From Cyanophora paradoxa CCMP329 (lineage: Eukaryota; Plantae; Glaucophyta), in assembly GCA_004431415.1 (NCBI GenBank), contig QPMI01000061.1, positions 1-64,000 on the forward strand: a stretch of DNA of 64,000 nt, read 5' to 3'. Made by a program: the position numbers and the translations under genes. The first letter of the stretch is position 1, and the number at the start of each line of letters is the position of its first letter. Below are positions 37,050 through 50,293 of the stretch, in pieces. The notes under the pieces are model-generated. The model was given only the letters and a program-made list of their open reading frames with translations, made no database searches and was not told where the DNA came from.

Positions 37050-40000
37050 TCAGGATGGCCGCCCGGCGAGGGCGGCCTGCGCCTGCATCGAGTGCGCGAT
37101 CTTCTCGTCCAGCTGCCGGCGGGTGAGCTCGGGTTGGGGACCGGGATGAGGGCTGGGGCCGCGGGGCACCGCGGCGATCTGGGCGAGGAGGGAGGCCGCC
37201 TCGAGGCGCGCGTCCTCCTCCGCCCCCGCCGCCGCCTGCCGCGCCGCCTCCGCCTCCTCCGCCCGCTCCGCACGCTGCCCGCCGCCAGCCCGGTCAGGCC
37301 GGGCGGGCGGGGCGTTGCAGCTGGGAGGCGGCGATAGCGCACTGCGCGGAGGAGGGCGGCAAGGGCGGCGAGGCGGTCGCGGCCGGCGAAGGCGCGGACG
37401 CAGAGGGGGTCGAGGCGCGCCGGGATCTCCCGAAGCGGGCGGCGCTGCCCGGGGGCCCGAGCGCGGGCCCTCCCACGCGTCCGTCGCCCCGTGCGCGTCG
37501 ACCAGGCGGCGCTCGCGGAGGGCGAGGGCCGGGGGCACGGCGCGGCCCTGGCGGGCGCGGGCGGCGCGGCAGGCGAGGGCCTGCTCGAGGGTGTCGAAGA
37601 GGAGGGCGCCCTGCGTGAGGGGGAAGAAGAGGCTCGCCCGCAGGCCCTCCTCCACCGGCACGATCCGGTTCGCCGCCAGGCTGCCCGCCCCGCCCGTCAG
37701 GCCTTTGCGGCGGGAAGCTCAGGCGCGGCGCAGGGGCGCGGGGCGGACTCGATGAAGCCCGGGAAGGCGTCGTAGCTGGCGGTGGAGAGGCGGCCGTCGG
37801 GCCCCAGGGCGCCCCGCGGGAGCCCCTCGAGCACCACGAAGCGGGCCGGCGGGGCGGCCGGGCCGGCGGCGGCGGCGGCGGCGGCGGACCAGAGGGCGAG
37901 GGCGGGGCGTCGCGGACGACGGCGGCCTCGAGGCGGGCCCCGAGGAGCCGCTGGAGCCCCGCCGCGAGCTCCCCGTCCCGCACGTACCCCAGCGCCGCCA
38001 CCACCCCCAGCAGGCCCCGCCCCGCCCCGTCGCGCGCGGCCGCGGCCTCGTGGAGGGCGCGGGCGGCCGGGGAGCGCCCGACGGAGGTCTCGCGGCGGCG
38101 CGCCCGCCGGGTCGCCTCGAGCAGCTGCTCGGCCTCCCGCGCGAGGGCCTCCACGTCGGCGCCGGGCTCGTCGACCTCGCCGTAGCCGGCCGCCCGCGCC
38201 GCCGCCCGCGCCTGCTCCACCGCCGACTCCGTCTCCCGCAGCAGCTCCGCCCCGCCCGCGCCCGCCCCGCCAGCTCCCCCGCCGCCCCGCGCCGCTCCGC
38301 CACCCGCGCCGCCAGCGCCGCCCGCTCCTTCAGCAGCGCCGCCATGTGGCCCCGCATCACCGACTGCGGCCGCGGCGCGCGGCGCGAGTGAGGCGCCCGG
38401 GGCCCGGAGGGCGGGGGCAGGAGGAGACCTTGCTGAGGACGCGCAGCGGGAGGAGCGCCGGCTGCAGGCCGTCGCTCTGCGCCCCGCACCCCGTGACGCG
38501 CGCGCGAGGCCCCGGGCCGGGCCGGCGCACCCAGACGATGAGGCGGTAGGCGCCGGGGGCGCCCCGGGGCCGACGGAGACGGCCCCGAAGCGCGCCACGC
38601 CGCCCTCCAGGCGCGCCTCGCGCGGCCCGGCGAGGGGCGGCGCGCCCGGGTGCTCGGGGGTGGGGCGGGGCCGGCGAGGGCGGCGGCGGCGGCTTCTGAG
38701 TCGGGCCCGGGGCCGAGAAGGAGGAGGCGGACGGGGCCGGGGCGGAGGGGGCGGCGGGTTCCCGTGGAGGTCGACGGCGCGGGCCTCGAGCCCCTCGAAG
38801 AGGCGGCGCGCCGCTGGCTCGCCGTCCAGGCTCACGGGCGGGAGCTCGAGGCCCGGCGGCAGGGCGAGGCGGGCGGCGGGGCCCGGGGCGAGGCGGAGGG
38901 GGATCTCGAGGCGGGCGCGGCGCTCGGGCGGTCGAGGGGCCCCTCGGCGTCGGAGCCGAGGCAGGCGGCGGAGCGGGCGAAGGCCGCGGTGAGGCGGAGG
39001 GTGTACTCGCCGGCCGCCGGGGGGAGCTCGAGCGGGGCGAGCCGCGCCTCGCGGCCGGCGCCGTCCCACTCGAAGGCGAGGCGAAGGGCGGCGGGGGCGG
39101 GGGCCGGCCCGGGGCCGAGGAGGGCGAGCTCGAGGGTCTCGGGCTCGAGGGCCGACCCGTCCTCCGCCTCGAAGGCGGCCCGCAGGCAGGAGAGCGTGGA
39201 GGCGGCGGGGAGCTCGGCGGGGCGCCCCTCGAGCGGCGGCTCGCTGCGCAGGCGCGCCTCCCGCGGGTGGTCCGAGGGGAGCACCGCCAGCGACACCTCC
39301 CCGCCCTGCGCGCGCGCCCCCGCCTCGAGGCGCTCCCCGCGCACGCACAGGCGCGCGAGCGGCGGCGGCGGGCGAACCTCGAGGGCCCCGGCGGGGTCGC
39401 GCGCCCGGAGGAGGTAGGCCCCGGGGGGCCGCCACGCGGGCCCTTCGAAGGTGACCGACCCGCGGGCCGCCGGCCGGCGCGTCGTCGCAGGGGCGGCGGC
39501 GAGCTGGTCCCCCTGGGAGGCCCCGCCTGCCGCCTCCGGCCAGGCCGCCGCGGCGCGCAACTTGCGCGGCCGGCGCGGCGCGGAGGCGGCGGAGTGGAGG
39601 GCGAACCCAGGGGGCAGCTCGAGGCCGATCTCGCCGGCGTACGCCTCGCAGCGATGCCCGAAGGCTGCGGGCGGTGAGGTCGAGAGGCGGGACGCCGGCG
39701 GGGGACGGGAGGCGGGCCGCGGGCACCGTCTTCGACGGCGAAGCGGAGCGGGGGCAGGATGCTGCGGTTGACGACGGTCACCATCGCCGGCACCAGCTCG
39801 AGCTCGGCCCCCGCGGGGGCCTCGCCGGGGGCCGGCGGGCGCTCGGGCCGGGGAGGAAGCGGAGGCGGGCGGGGGGCCGGGCCGTAGCTCGCACGCGGCC
39901 TCGGCGGGGGCCACGACGGCCCCGGGGTCGCTCACGCGCACCCGGAAGGGCCCCAGGCCCCCGCCGCCGCCGCCCCCGAGATGCGGAAGCGGCCCGTCGC

Positions 40001-43000
40001 CGAGTCGAACCAGTGGCGGAGCTCGCAGCCGGGAGGAGGTCGGCGGGGGCGCGGGGGCGCGGGGTCCGGGGGCGCGGGGCCGGGAGGAGGGAGAGGAGCG
40101 GGGTGGGGCGCTCGGAGTCCCCGAGGAGCTCGACGCCGTGGGCGTTGCCGTGCGCGTCGAGCACGCGGAACTCCACCTCGAAGGCCGCCCGCACGCCACC
40201 GCCCCGCCCCCCGCCCCGCACACCACCCGCACCTCCGCGAACCGCCGCGCCTCCCCGGGGCGCACGCGGAGGAGCAGCCGCGCCGCGAGCGCCCCGCCCC
40301 GCCGGCGCCGGGCGCCCGGAGGGCGGCGACGGTGAGGGCGTAGAGGCCGGCGCGGGGCTCGAGGGGCACGTCGAAGAGGCCCTCGCCGGCGAGGACGCCG
40401 ACGTCGCGGCGCCAGACCTCGCGCCCGGCGGGGAGGGCGGCGCAGGAGGCGGTGAGGAGCGCCTCGTAGCCGGCGTGGAGGCGCCCGGCGGCGTCCAGCA
40501 CCTCCACCGCGCACTCGCGCAGCACCGCCCCGGCCTCGCACGCCACGCACGGCCCGCCCTCGACCTCCCCCCGCACTCCACCGCCCCGCCCCCGCCCGCA
40601 GCCGCAGGCTCGCCGCCCGCTGCGGCAGCTCGACGAGCAGCCGGAGCTCCGCCCGCGCCGGCGCCTCCGCCTCACCCCCGCCCCGCCCTCCGCCTCGCCC
40701 TCCTCGACGGCGCTGAAGAGGACGGTGGCGCCGTGCAGGGCGGCGGCCCCCTCCGGCGCAACGACCTGGCCCGCCGCCTCGGCGCAGGCGAGAGGCGGGG
40801 GCGAGGGGGCGGGCGAGGCGCGCACGCGGATGGCGGTGGGCCCGTCGAAGCGGGCGTCCCCCTCGGAGTCCACGGGGGCCTCCACGGGCGCCCCAACGCA
40901 CTCCCCCGCCGCCCGCACCCGCACCAGCGCCCCCTCGGGGCCCGCCACCGCGTTGCCCCACTGCCCGGCGTCGGCAGCAGGCGGGGGGGCGGGGGGCCGA
41001 GGCTCGCACGAGGTCGAGGGCGCGGACGAAGACGGGGGGCAGGGGAAGGTCCGCCTTGGCGCGCAGCGGCTCCTCCGCCACGTTGCGCAGCGCGAGGGTG
41101 CGCACGCGGCCTGCCGCCCCCCGCCCTCAGCGCCGGCGGGCCGGGGTGGCACGAGGTCGCGGGGCCGCACCGGGGAGGACGGCGATGGGCACGCGGGCGG
41201 TGTAGGTCCCGAGGGAGACGGCGAGGGTGCAGACCTGACGGGGCTCTTCGCCCTCGCCCAGGCGGCGCCCGGCGGCCTGCAGGCCCCGCAGGCGGGCGGC
41301 GGCGCGCCGGCGGCCGCCCTCCCCGGCGAGCTCCTCGAACTCGACGGCGCCGAGGCGGAGGAGGGGCGCCGCGGGCTCGCCGAGGGCCTCCCCGCCGGGC
41401 CCAGGACCTCGGCGCGCCAGCGCGCCTCCCGCAGCGCCGGCGGCACCTCCGCCACCTCGTTCCCGTGCTCTGCCCCGCCCCTCGGCCCCCGCCGACTGCG
41501 CGCGCGCGGAGGCGCCGCGCACCGTCCTCGCAGACGACCAGGAGCGGGGGCAGGGGGCAGCCCATGCGCGCGGGGCGCGGCGGCGGGCGGCACGCGAGGC
41601 GCGCCATCGCCCTCGGCCGCAGCGTCATCCGCAAGACCTGCTCCGGCGTGCCCTCCTCAAACGCCTCCGACTGCGCGCCCCGGCCCCCCGCCGTCAACAG
41701 GAGACGCGCGCGGGGCCGGGGGCCGGGGGCCGGGGCCGGCTGGGGCCGCACGGTGAATGCGAACGTGTAGGGGCCGGCGCGTGTGAGGAGCGCGGTCCCG
41801 AGCAGGCGCTCCAGCTGGAACTCGTAGCGGCCGTGGCGCCCCGGGCGCTCGCACACCGCCGTCGCCTCCTTGCGGCCGCCCTCGCCCTCGGCCGACGGGA
41901 AGCGGAGGCGCATGGTGACGGCCTTGCCCCTGATCAGCGGCCCGCTCTGGTAGTCTTTGCCGTTCTTCTGGTGGACGACGGCGATGCTGGCGAGGCGCAC
42001 GGGGACGGTCTCCCCCTGCAGCTCGCTCGCGTTCGTGCCGGCGCTGTTCTGCACGGCCTTCAGCGAGAGCGCGCCCGCCCTCGCGAGCTGCCGGTCGACG
42101 TCAGCTCCGCGGCGCCTGCGGGTGCCGGAGGAGGAGGGCGGGGGCGGGGCGCGCGCCTCCTTCTCCGCCTCCGCCTCCGTGAGGGCGCCGGTGACGCGGC
42201 TCGCCGGGGCCGCCTCCGCCTCCGCCTCTCGCGCAGCCAGCTCCGCGGGGGTCTTCGGCCGCCGCAGCTTCGTTTTGCTCTCCACCACGTACAGCCGCAC
42301 GAAGGCCTGCGGAGGGCCCCGGCGCCGCGTCAGGGGCGGCAGCGGTCTGCAGGGGCGGTGCGGGGCGGCTGCGGCGCGCCTTGGCGTCCTTCTTTCTCTG
42401 GTAGATCGCCTCCACGGTGCAGACCGCGTTTCTCTTGTGCTGCCCGCTCCGTGAGCAGCGCCCCGACGGAGCCGGCGGATGCGGCCGGCGGCGCACGGTC
42501 CCGAGGGTGGCGCGGACGCAGGCGTGCAGCGCGATCTCGACGCGCCCGCGGGGCCCCGCGATGCGCACGGAGCGGAAGCAGGTGCCCTCGCCGCCCTTGT
42601 ACTCCCCCAGCGCCTCCCCGAAGGTCGTCTCCTCGTCGAGCTTCCCGTGCGCTGCGCGCTCGCCGTCTCAGCTGCGCGGGGCGGGGCGGCGCGGGGGCTG
42701 GGGCGGCGCTGAGGGCGCGCGCACATCGTTGGGCAAATTCGGCGATGGCGCGGGCGTTGTCGCGGAGGCCGAGGATCTTGCGCAGCTGCTCGGCGGCGGC
42801 GCTCGTGAGCTGCCGCTTCGCGTCGTCCACGCCGACCTGGCGGCCCTCGCCGCCCGCCCCGAAGGCCTTCCCCAGGAACACCGCCTGCCGCCGGCCCCGG
42901 CCCCTCCCGATCAGCCGCCCGCTCTCCCGGCCCCTCGAGCTCGAGGAACGGGGCCGGCGCACCCCCTTGATGCGGTCCAGGAACTGCCGGCCGGGCGGCG

Positions 43001-45139
43001 TCGGGCGGTCAGGCGGGCGGGGCGGGGCGGGGCGGGGCGGGGCGGGCGGGGCGGGGCGGGCGGGCGGGGCGGGGCTGACGGGGCGGGTCTCCGCGGGGAC
43101 GCCCTTGAGGAGCTCGGACAGGCGCCAGACGTCCTTCCCCGCGTCGCTCAGCAGGCGCCCCATCCAGAACACCTGCCCCGCCCTCAGCGACCCGCGCGAG
43201 CGAGGTAGGGAGGGCGCCCTGCCCCGCCCGCGCGCCTGCAGCCCGGGGTAGCGCGAGCGAAGGTCCCCGTCGGGGGGCGCCTCGAAGGTCCCGTAGGGCC
43301 GCGGCGCCGGCATCGTCTCGCCGCCCTCCGTGTGGGGGTAGTACCGCAGCACGATCTGCCCGCCCCGCCCCAGTCAGCCCGCCCGACGAGCGCCGCGCGC
43401 GCGCGGGCGGGCGGGCGGGCGGGCGGGCGGGCGGACGCGGCAGTGGGGCTGGGAGGGCCCCTCCGCGAGGGTCTTGAGTTCCCGCCCGTCACGCAGCAGG
43501 CGCGCCTCGTCGTCGTCCGCGTAGGCCCGCACCGACTTTCCCGCCACCACCAGCTCCGCCCGCCTGCCACGTGCACCGCGATCAGCCGGCGCGGGGCGCG
43601 AGGCGGGCCGGCGCGCACGAGCGGGGATGAGGGCGTCGCGCCCCGCTGCGACCGCCTCGGGGCCGACGGGGCCCGGCGGGGCGGGAGAAGCGTCGGTCGC
43701 GCGCATCGAGAGCCGCTCGGAGCGGCGGCGCTTGGCGAGGGGCGAGGCAGAGTGCGCCCGCCCGCGCTTCAGGGACGCCGGGGCAGCGTTCTCCTTCCCC
43801 GGCGCCGGGAGGGAGGCGGGGGCGGCGGGGGGCGGGGCGGGGGCGGCGAGGGGGCCGGCGGGGGCCTCCACGGGGGCAAGCGCGGGGTGCGCGGGGCCCG
43901 GGGAGCCGTCCCCCTGGAGCTCGTTGAGCTCGAGGTCGACGTCGACGGCGGGGGCCGGCGCGGGGCGCCCCTCGGGCCCGTGGAGCACGTAGTGGTACTT
44001 GCGGCTCAGCGCCGGCACCATCGCCCGCAGGTCCACCCCCCGGTACGCCTCCCGCAGCCCGTACACGCTGCGCCGCGTCAGCGTCGCGGCAGCCCCCGGG
44101 GCGGGGCGGGGCGGGGCACTAGATTTCGGTGAAGTGCGGAGGGTCGTCGGGGCGGGCCTTCTGGGCGCCGCGGGGGAAGAGCCAGGAGCAGGCGCCGGTG
44201 CGGGCGCGCTCCTTCTCGAGGGCCGGCCGCGAGACCTTCCCCGTGTACACGTCCCCGCCGCCCGCCCGCGTGCGCACGAAGACGGCCTCCCCGAGGTGGA
44301 ACGCCGCCTTCTTGGCGCCCACGCCGAACTGCCCGAAGCCGCAGTGGCGCTCCCCGGGGCGGTGGCTCGCGAGCTTGAGGAACCCGTTGAGGCCGGCGTC
44401 GTCCATGCCCGGGCCGTCGTCCCGCACCACGAGCACGCGCTCCAGCTGCCGCGCAGCGTCGGGCGCCGGCTTGCAGTCCAGTTGCGCCACGTCCATCTCC
44501 ACCAGGTCGATCCAGACCGTCCCATCCCCCGCCCCGATCGCCTGCGCGCGGTTCAATACGCGTCAGGCGGCGCCCGGCTGCGCAAGCGCGCGGAAGAAGC
44601 GGGGGCGATTCGCGCGCAGCCCGCACCTCAAAACTGTTGTCCACGAGCTCGGACACAGCGCTGAGGAAGTCGTGACAGCTCCCGCCCGATAGGATGGCGT
44701 CGTAGTCGGGCACGCACGCCGCCACGAAGGCCGTAGGCCCAGCGGCCGTTGCATCTGCGGCGCGGACGCGGACGCGGAGGCCCAGGTCAAGATCAATTTG
44801 CTTTGCTAGCGCTTTGCTTTCCAGAACCGAGACAGCGCACCGAGGTCGACTAAGTAGAGATGCTTGATGTTCGAGAGCGTGAAGGCGCCGGCATCGTTGT
44901 CCGCAAGCTGCAGCCCGCGAGGATCGTGCGCGAGCCGCAGGCGCTCGGCCTGGGTCTGCAAGACTTGAGATGCGAGAAAGTTTTGATCAAGAGCCTTGTG
45001 CACGCACGTTATCGAATTCGAAGTTGATGGCGAGGAGTTCCAGAAGCTCGCTTAAGGTCGTCCGCTGGGGAACTTGGAGCTCTCTCTGCTGTTCACCAAA
45101 CGTGAATCCGACGCTGAACAGTGCATCGGCCTCCATCAT
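37050..45139 (-). CDS. SMCHD1: SMCHD1/GMI1-like protein (UBL-GHKL ATPase-Ig-like linker-coiled coil-SMC hinge)
   Basis: N-terminal UBL-like exons from ATG 45139; VPDYDAIL, SELVDNS, VRDDGPGMD, FGQFGVGAKKAAF, YHYVLHGPEG, VLRYYP, VFWMGRLL; long beta-rich repeats; C-terminal hinge GLLGVVAALG...LLGARLEAAVV...FPGFI...LLFDTLEQA. Confidence 0.85.
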
Positions 45140-46729
45140 CGTGCGCCGTGGTCCGCGTGGGATTTCCGCATTCGAAAACCCGAAACCCGCGGAGGCGAGG
45201 GTGGTGCGACCGCGACCTCCGCTCTCCCAGGGCGTGAGGGCTTCGCGAATTGCAAGTTGGAAAGGAACCGTTCGCCGAAGAGGGGTATGTTGCCGTGTTT
45301 TCGCGGGGTACGTGGCTCACCCTGGGTACAGCGCAATCGAGCACAGAGGAGCGAGTGACGTAGCGACGACAGCTCGTAGCGATGAAAGGGAGCCTTCGCA
45401 GACGTCATAGAATCCGCTGAGCCGGTCGTAGTCATCATTGCCAGGGCGCCGGCGTCCCGGGCCGCTTCCGGAGCGGGCCGCGGCGCCGGCGGCGAGCTGG
45501 CAGCCAGTCGACCCTCCGCGGCACGGCTACGCGTGACTACGCGGGGGCGAGGAGGAGGAGGAGCGGCTGCGCGCGCGCGGCCTGCACGAGCTGGGTCTGG
45601 GCCTGGGCGCCTTCCTCCGCGGGGCGGCGTCGGCGAGCGGGCGACCGCCAGCGTCAAAGCGACTGCCCGCGCGCGGGTCGAGGACCTGGGCCGTACGAGC
45701 ACCTTCAACGGGGCCGGCCTGCGCGCGCTCACCCGCATGGCCTGCCTCGAAATCCTCGCTGGCATCAGGTTGCGCGTCACCGGCACCCGGGGCCGCGGCC
45801 GTGCTTCCGATGGGCCTCGTGGCAGGTGGGGCCCGTGTGCGGGGAGGATGGCCTGGCGCGCGGCGCTGGGCTCGCTGTCGCGCCTGCTGGCTCGAGTTCT
45901 CGCGGATCAACAGCCGGTGCACTGGCGGCGCCCAGCAGCTGCCCGTCGCGCAGAGGCTCGCGCCGCCCCTGGCCCCCGCCTCCTCCCGCCGCCCTCGCGG
46001 CTCTACATCGCTCGTCCACCTCGCTCGTCCCATCTCGAGCCCGGTGCCGCCGGCCCTCCTCATGCTCCCCGCGCGCAGAAGCTGCGCAGCCGGTGACCGT
46101 CGCGGCCGCCGTGAGCGCACACGACACCACACACGACCTGCGGGCAAGTGCCGAGGAGCGTCGCCGTGCCGTCGGCGAGGAGCTAAGCAGCGTCGTTGAC
46201 GGCACGGTCACCTCCGTCTGCGACCGCGGCCGCCCGCTCTCGGCAGAGGAGGCGGCGGCGCCGGCGCTCGCCGCGTGCGGTCGCAGCTACGGCGCGTCAC
46301 GCGTCGGCTCGGGCGGCGTGGCCGGGCGCGGGGCGTACCGCAAGGTCGCCTTGAGCGCCTCGGCCTGCGGAGCCGGCAGCTGCAGGCCGAGTGCGGCGAG
46401 AGCGAGCGCGAGGAGCTCGAGGAGCGGGCGGCTGCTGCTGCTGCAGAGAAGCACGCCGCGCACCGCTTCCTCCACGACCTCTTCCCCGCCGCGGCCGCCC
46501 GCGTCTGCTTCGTTGGCCAGCTTATAAATATTCGGGGCCGCCGGCGCGTGCACGTGAGAAGCTGCCAGGCCTAGGGCTGCAGGCCCTGAGGCTGCAGCCT
46601 GCCAGGCTGGCGGTGGCAGCTGCTGCCTCCGCGGTGGCATTTATTGAAACCAACATGAAAATAAAAATCTTGAATCGATCGCGATGTCCTAAGCCGCTGA
46701 TCATGAGCGGCCCTTTTAATTTGAAGCGC

Positions 46730-47540
46730 TAGCGGTGCTGGCAGACCCTAGGCCTGCAACTGGCAACTTGTTGGCAAGCCGCCTGGCCCAGTCACTGATC
46801 ATGATCATGAGTGGCCCGACTCATTGAATCCGCCTGGCCCGGCCCAGTGGCCCATCATGGCATGCCAGTGGGCAGTAACTTAGTAACTTAAGTAACTGAT
46901 CCGATGCATATGATCATGACCATGAGCGGCCCGTGGCCACCGGTACCGTACCGTGGTACCTTGAGCTCGAGACTACTGTCCGACCGTCGGACGTCGAAGT
47001 CATCAGTGCTACCGAGTATGTGACGGTGACTTTAAATTTCGAATCATGATCAGTTAAGAGTGTTATGAGATCTCTCAGTTAAGAGATGATCCGATGATAT
47101 AGAGTCTCGGAGCTCGAATCGGCGAGACTATATCTAGATGCCCGCTGCCCGCTCGAGACTTACTAGTTACTAAGTTAAAGATCATATGCATCAGATCAGA
47201 TCGGGGCCCGAGTCATCCGACTCATCATGGCATGATCAGCGATTTCACGATTCAAGCTAAAAGGCGTACGCGTATGACCACTCAGCAGTGACTGGGCCAT
47301 GCTCGCATCAGCTTAGCAAGCCGTTCTAAATTCATGTTTTGTTGCAGTTTCAAGTTTAGTGTGCCAATCCGATGATCTGCCAGGCTGGCGAACTACCTCG
47401 AGGCCTGTGGTTGCCGGGTTGTCTAGATCTACCAGCTATAGGCTAAATAGCCTATGATCGGAATGAATCGCAGCTGCTAGGCTAAAAATCATGGAATGCG
47501 TCTCAGATTCGATGCCACGATGTACGAATCTAGATCTGTC
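46730..47540. repeat. AT-richer intergenic island of nested micro-palindromes and degenerate inverted repeats
   Basis: Dense CATG/GATC/CTAG/GTAC words. taacttagtaac (~46876) and atgcatatgatc (~46904) recur reverse-complemented at ~47167-47191. Confidence 0.55.
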
Positions 47541-47791
47541 TAATTTTATTCTCCGTGAAAACTCATGATCACTGCAAAGCACTGAGCAGTGTCCACGGCG
47601 ACAATAAAGTACACTGTGACACGACAGGAGGCGGCTTGCATGTCGCTTTCGCTAGCAACATATGAATTGCCAAGAGCAGTACAAAATTCCGGCTGCCTAC
47701 AAGCAGGCCAAGAGCTCGAGAAACGAACAGAAAACATTATGCGAGTTACGGGAAACGAAAACCAACTAGAGGCTATGTTTAGTACGTACGC

Positions 47792-49450
47792 TTAGCTATA
47801 CCAGGTGGTTGAAAGGGAAAGTAATTTCAGAGTCCAGCTGTACAAACTTTGGTAGAAAATGTATCCAGTAATTGAAATTTGAGAGATGCGACAGGAGGCC
47901 ACTGGGTCACTCGGAATCGAGAGACTCAGCGGCGTGTCAAGGGCCGAGGTGCATGGGAGCGGGGGCCTCCAAGGCGCAGCATGGCGCGGCCGAGGGTTCG
48001 GCGGGGGCGGGGCGTGGCCACGCACATGGGAGGGGGGCGGAGGGGACGGTGGCTTCGAGGGTGGGGCCGGGAGGGGGCGCGGCTGCAGGGGACGTGGGCG
48101 TCGCCGGAGGAGGGCCCCGCCCAGGCGGGGGCGCCGCGGGAGCGCGGCCGCGGGGTGGGCGGCGTGCGCGTGGACGAGCGCGGGCGCTTGGCTGCGGGGG
48201 ACTCGCCTCCCGCCGACGGCTGCTGGCCGCCGTGGGGCCCGAGGCGCGGGTGGCGAGCGCGGAGGAGCTCGTCGGGGTCTGGCCACGGGCGCGGGGTGCG
48301 CACGCGCTGCGAGGGGCTCGGCACGTGCACCCCCTCCTCGAGCAGCGCCGCCGACTCCCGCAGCTCGCCCGAGGTCGGCGGCAGGGTGATGTACCCCCTG
48401 CTGATCGACACCGAGAGGCGCTCGCGCATCGCCATCGCCCGCGCCGGTGTGGAAAGGTACCGTCGCTCTGCGCAAGCCGCCCAGCCCCGGCCCGCGTCGG
48501 CCGCCGCGTTCTTCGGCCGCAGATAGTCGGGGTCCCACGGACCCCGCAGCGGTGGCGCACCGTTCAAAGGGACGCGCCGCGTCTTGCTGCGCGGGACGTA
48601 TTGCTCTCTGCGAGAGGGGTGAGCCGGTGCAGACCCTGAAAAATGGCCCGGCTCGAGGGGGGGGCGGCACCCGAGGAGGAGGCGGTGGAGGCCCTCCAAC
48701 GAGTTGAAGTCGGACGCTAGGATCTCCCCGAAAGAAATCCCCAGCTGCGGACGCAGTTGGAATACACGTCAGCGGCCCCGCGGCAGGACGGGCGCCGGCG
48801 GGCGGCTGGAAAATAAAGGCGGCGCACGTCCCGGGCGATGACCTCCAGGCACTGAGGGCAGAGCGGCGCGGCGCCGGGCGTGTCAGGTCTAGATGTGATT
48901 GAGATTCGAGAGCGCGGCGCACGCTGAGGAACGCGTCGCTTTCCACAGAGATGGCCCCGCTCGCGCGGATGTTGACGTGCAGGGCGCGCTCCCGTCCCGA
49001 AACCTCCCGGAAAGCGAGCGCGAGGCGCTGGCCCCTGCCCACCGTCTTCGCGGGGTCAACGAATTCGCCGGCGCTCGACTCGCCCGGCCGCGCGGCGGCG
49101 ACGACCGCGGCGGCCTGCTGGAAATGCGGCCCACGGCACATCGCAGCTGCACGCCGCCGATAGGATAGGATATCTAGATGCCAAGCTGCGAGGAAAATAT
49201 AAGTGAGCACCGCACCCGCGCACTGCGGCAGGGCGGGTGGAGGCGCTGGCGGCAGCGGCCGTGTGCGAACCTCAGGCGTTTGCGCATGTACACAAGCAAG
49301 CCGTCGTGTGCTGCTCCATCTTCATGGGCAGAGCGCTCATAATGCAGCTGCAGCTGCAACTGCAAAGCTTCTGTGAGCGTCGGCGACAGAAGCAATGCGC
49401 CAAGCAGCTCTCTCAACACGCGCCACCGCGCGTCATCATGGCATGATGGT
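47792..49450 (-). pseudogene. Possible hypothetical gene or decayed gene fragment
   Basis: GC-rich coding-like stretches (RLALAFREVSGRERALHVNIRASGAISV; RERLSVSISRGYITLPP) lie in inconsistent frames; no family recognised. Confidence 0.3.
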
Positions 49451-50293
49451 CGCCTACTACTGGTACTGTATAGTACGGCTAGGCCTAGGAGAGTCGGCAC
49501 TGGGCCTAACGTACGCTCAAGTAAACTTGAACGTGCTGTGTCTCTTGGGCATCCTGTGTAGGATGGCCATATATCGAGAGCACGTCGTATAAGTAGTACA
49601 ATGGACTGTCCTGTCCAACGCGCTGATGCCGTGTGGCCGGGCGCGCGGCGGTCAACGTTGCGATTGCGCATGCAACTTGCAAGTTGATCGATCGGCGTCG
49701 GTTGCCCGGTGAAGGGAAACCGACCGTCCGGTCCGGACCTAAACAGCTCACTGCCCGGGCGCATGCTTCTGCCATGTCGCCGCTGTTGTGGACGTTGACG
49801 TCGACTCGCTGCGCTTAAGTTCAAGTTACTAGTTAAGTTAGTTGTCCTACTCACCGGTTGAAGTCCGGTTCTACAGCTCCAGTTTCATGGTGTGTCCTAG
49901 GTACCCCTCCCCGGTACCTCGGACCGCACGACCTCGGACAGAGGCATTAAATTCATGCCTAATTTTATAAGGGAGCATTCGCATCCCATGATCGACATCC
50001 GAATCATGATCCGATGACCGATAACCGCACGCGTACGCATACCGTCGGCATACGCCGAGGGGCGTGCTCGCAAGCTGCCTCCGCCGCGGGGGTACTGCAT
50101 TTGGCACTACGTCCGGGTACAAGAAAGCGCATTCACCAGCGGGTCGGGCGCCTGCGGAAGACCGAATCAAGTTTCGGTCTACGAAATGTGGTAAAGCGGA
50201 CGCACCCGGCGGTAGCTCCGGCAACGCCCCTGCTCAGTTCGGCTGGGCTCCTAGCCGGCGGCCTCAGGCTCGCAACTCGTCGAGTCGCTCGAA

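Noticed and set aside
45290-46640. GC-rich coding-like fragments on both strands
   Set aside because: No consistent spliced ORF or recognisable domain; may be a decayed gene but cannot be supported.
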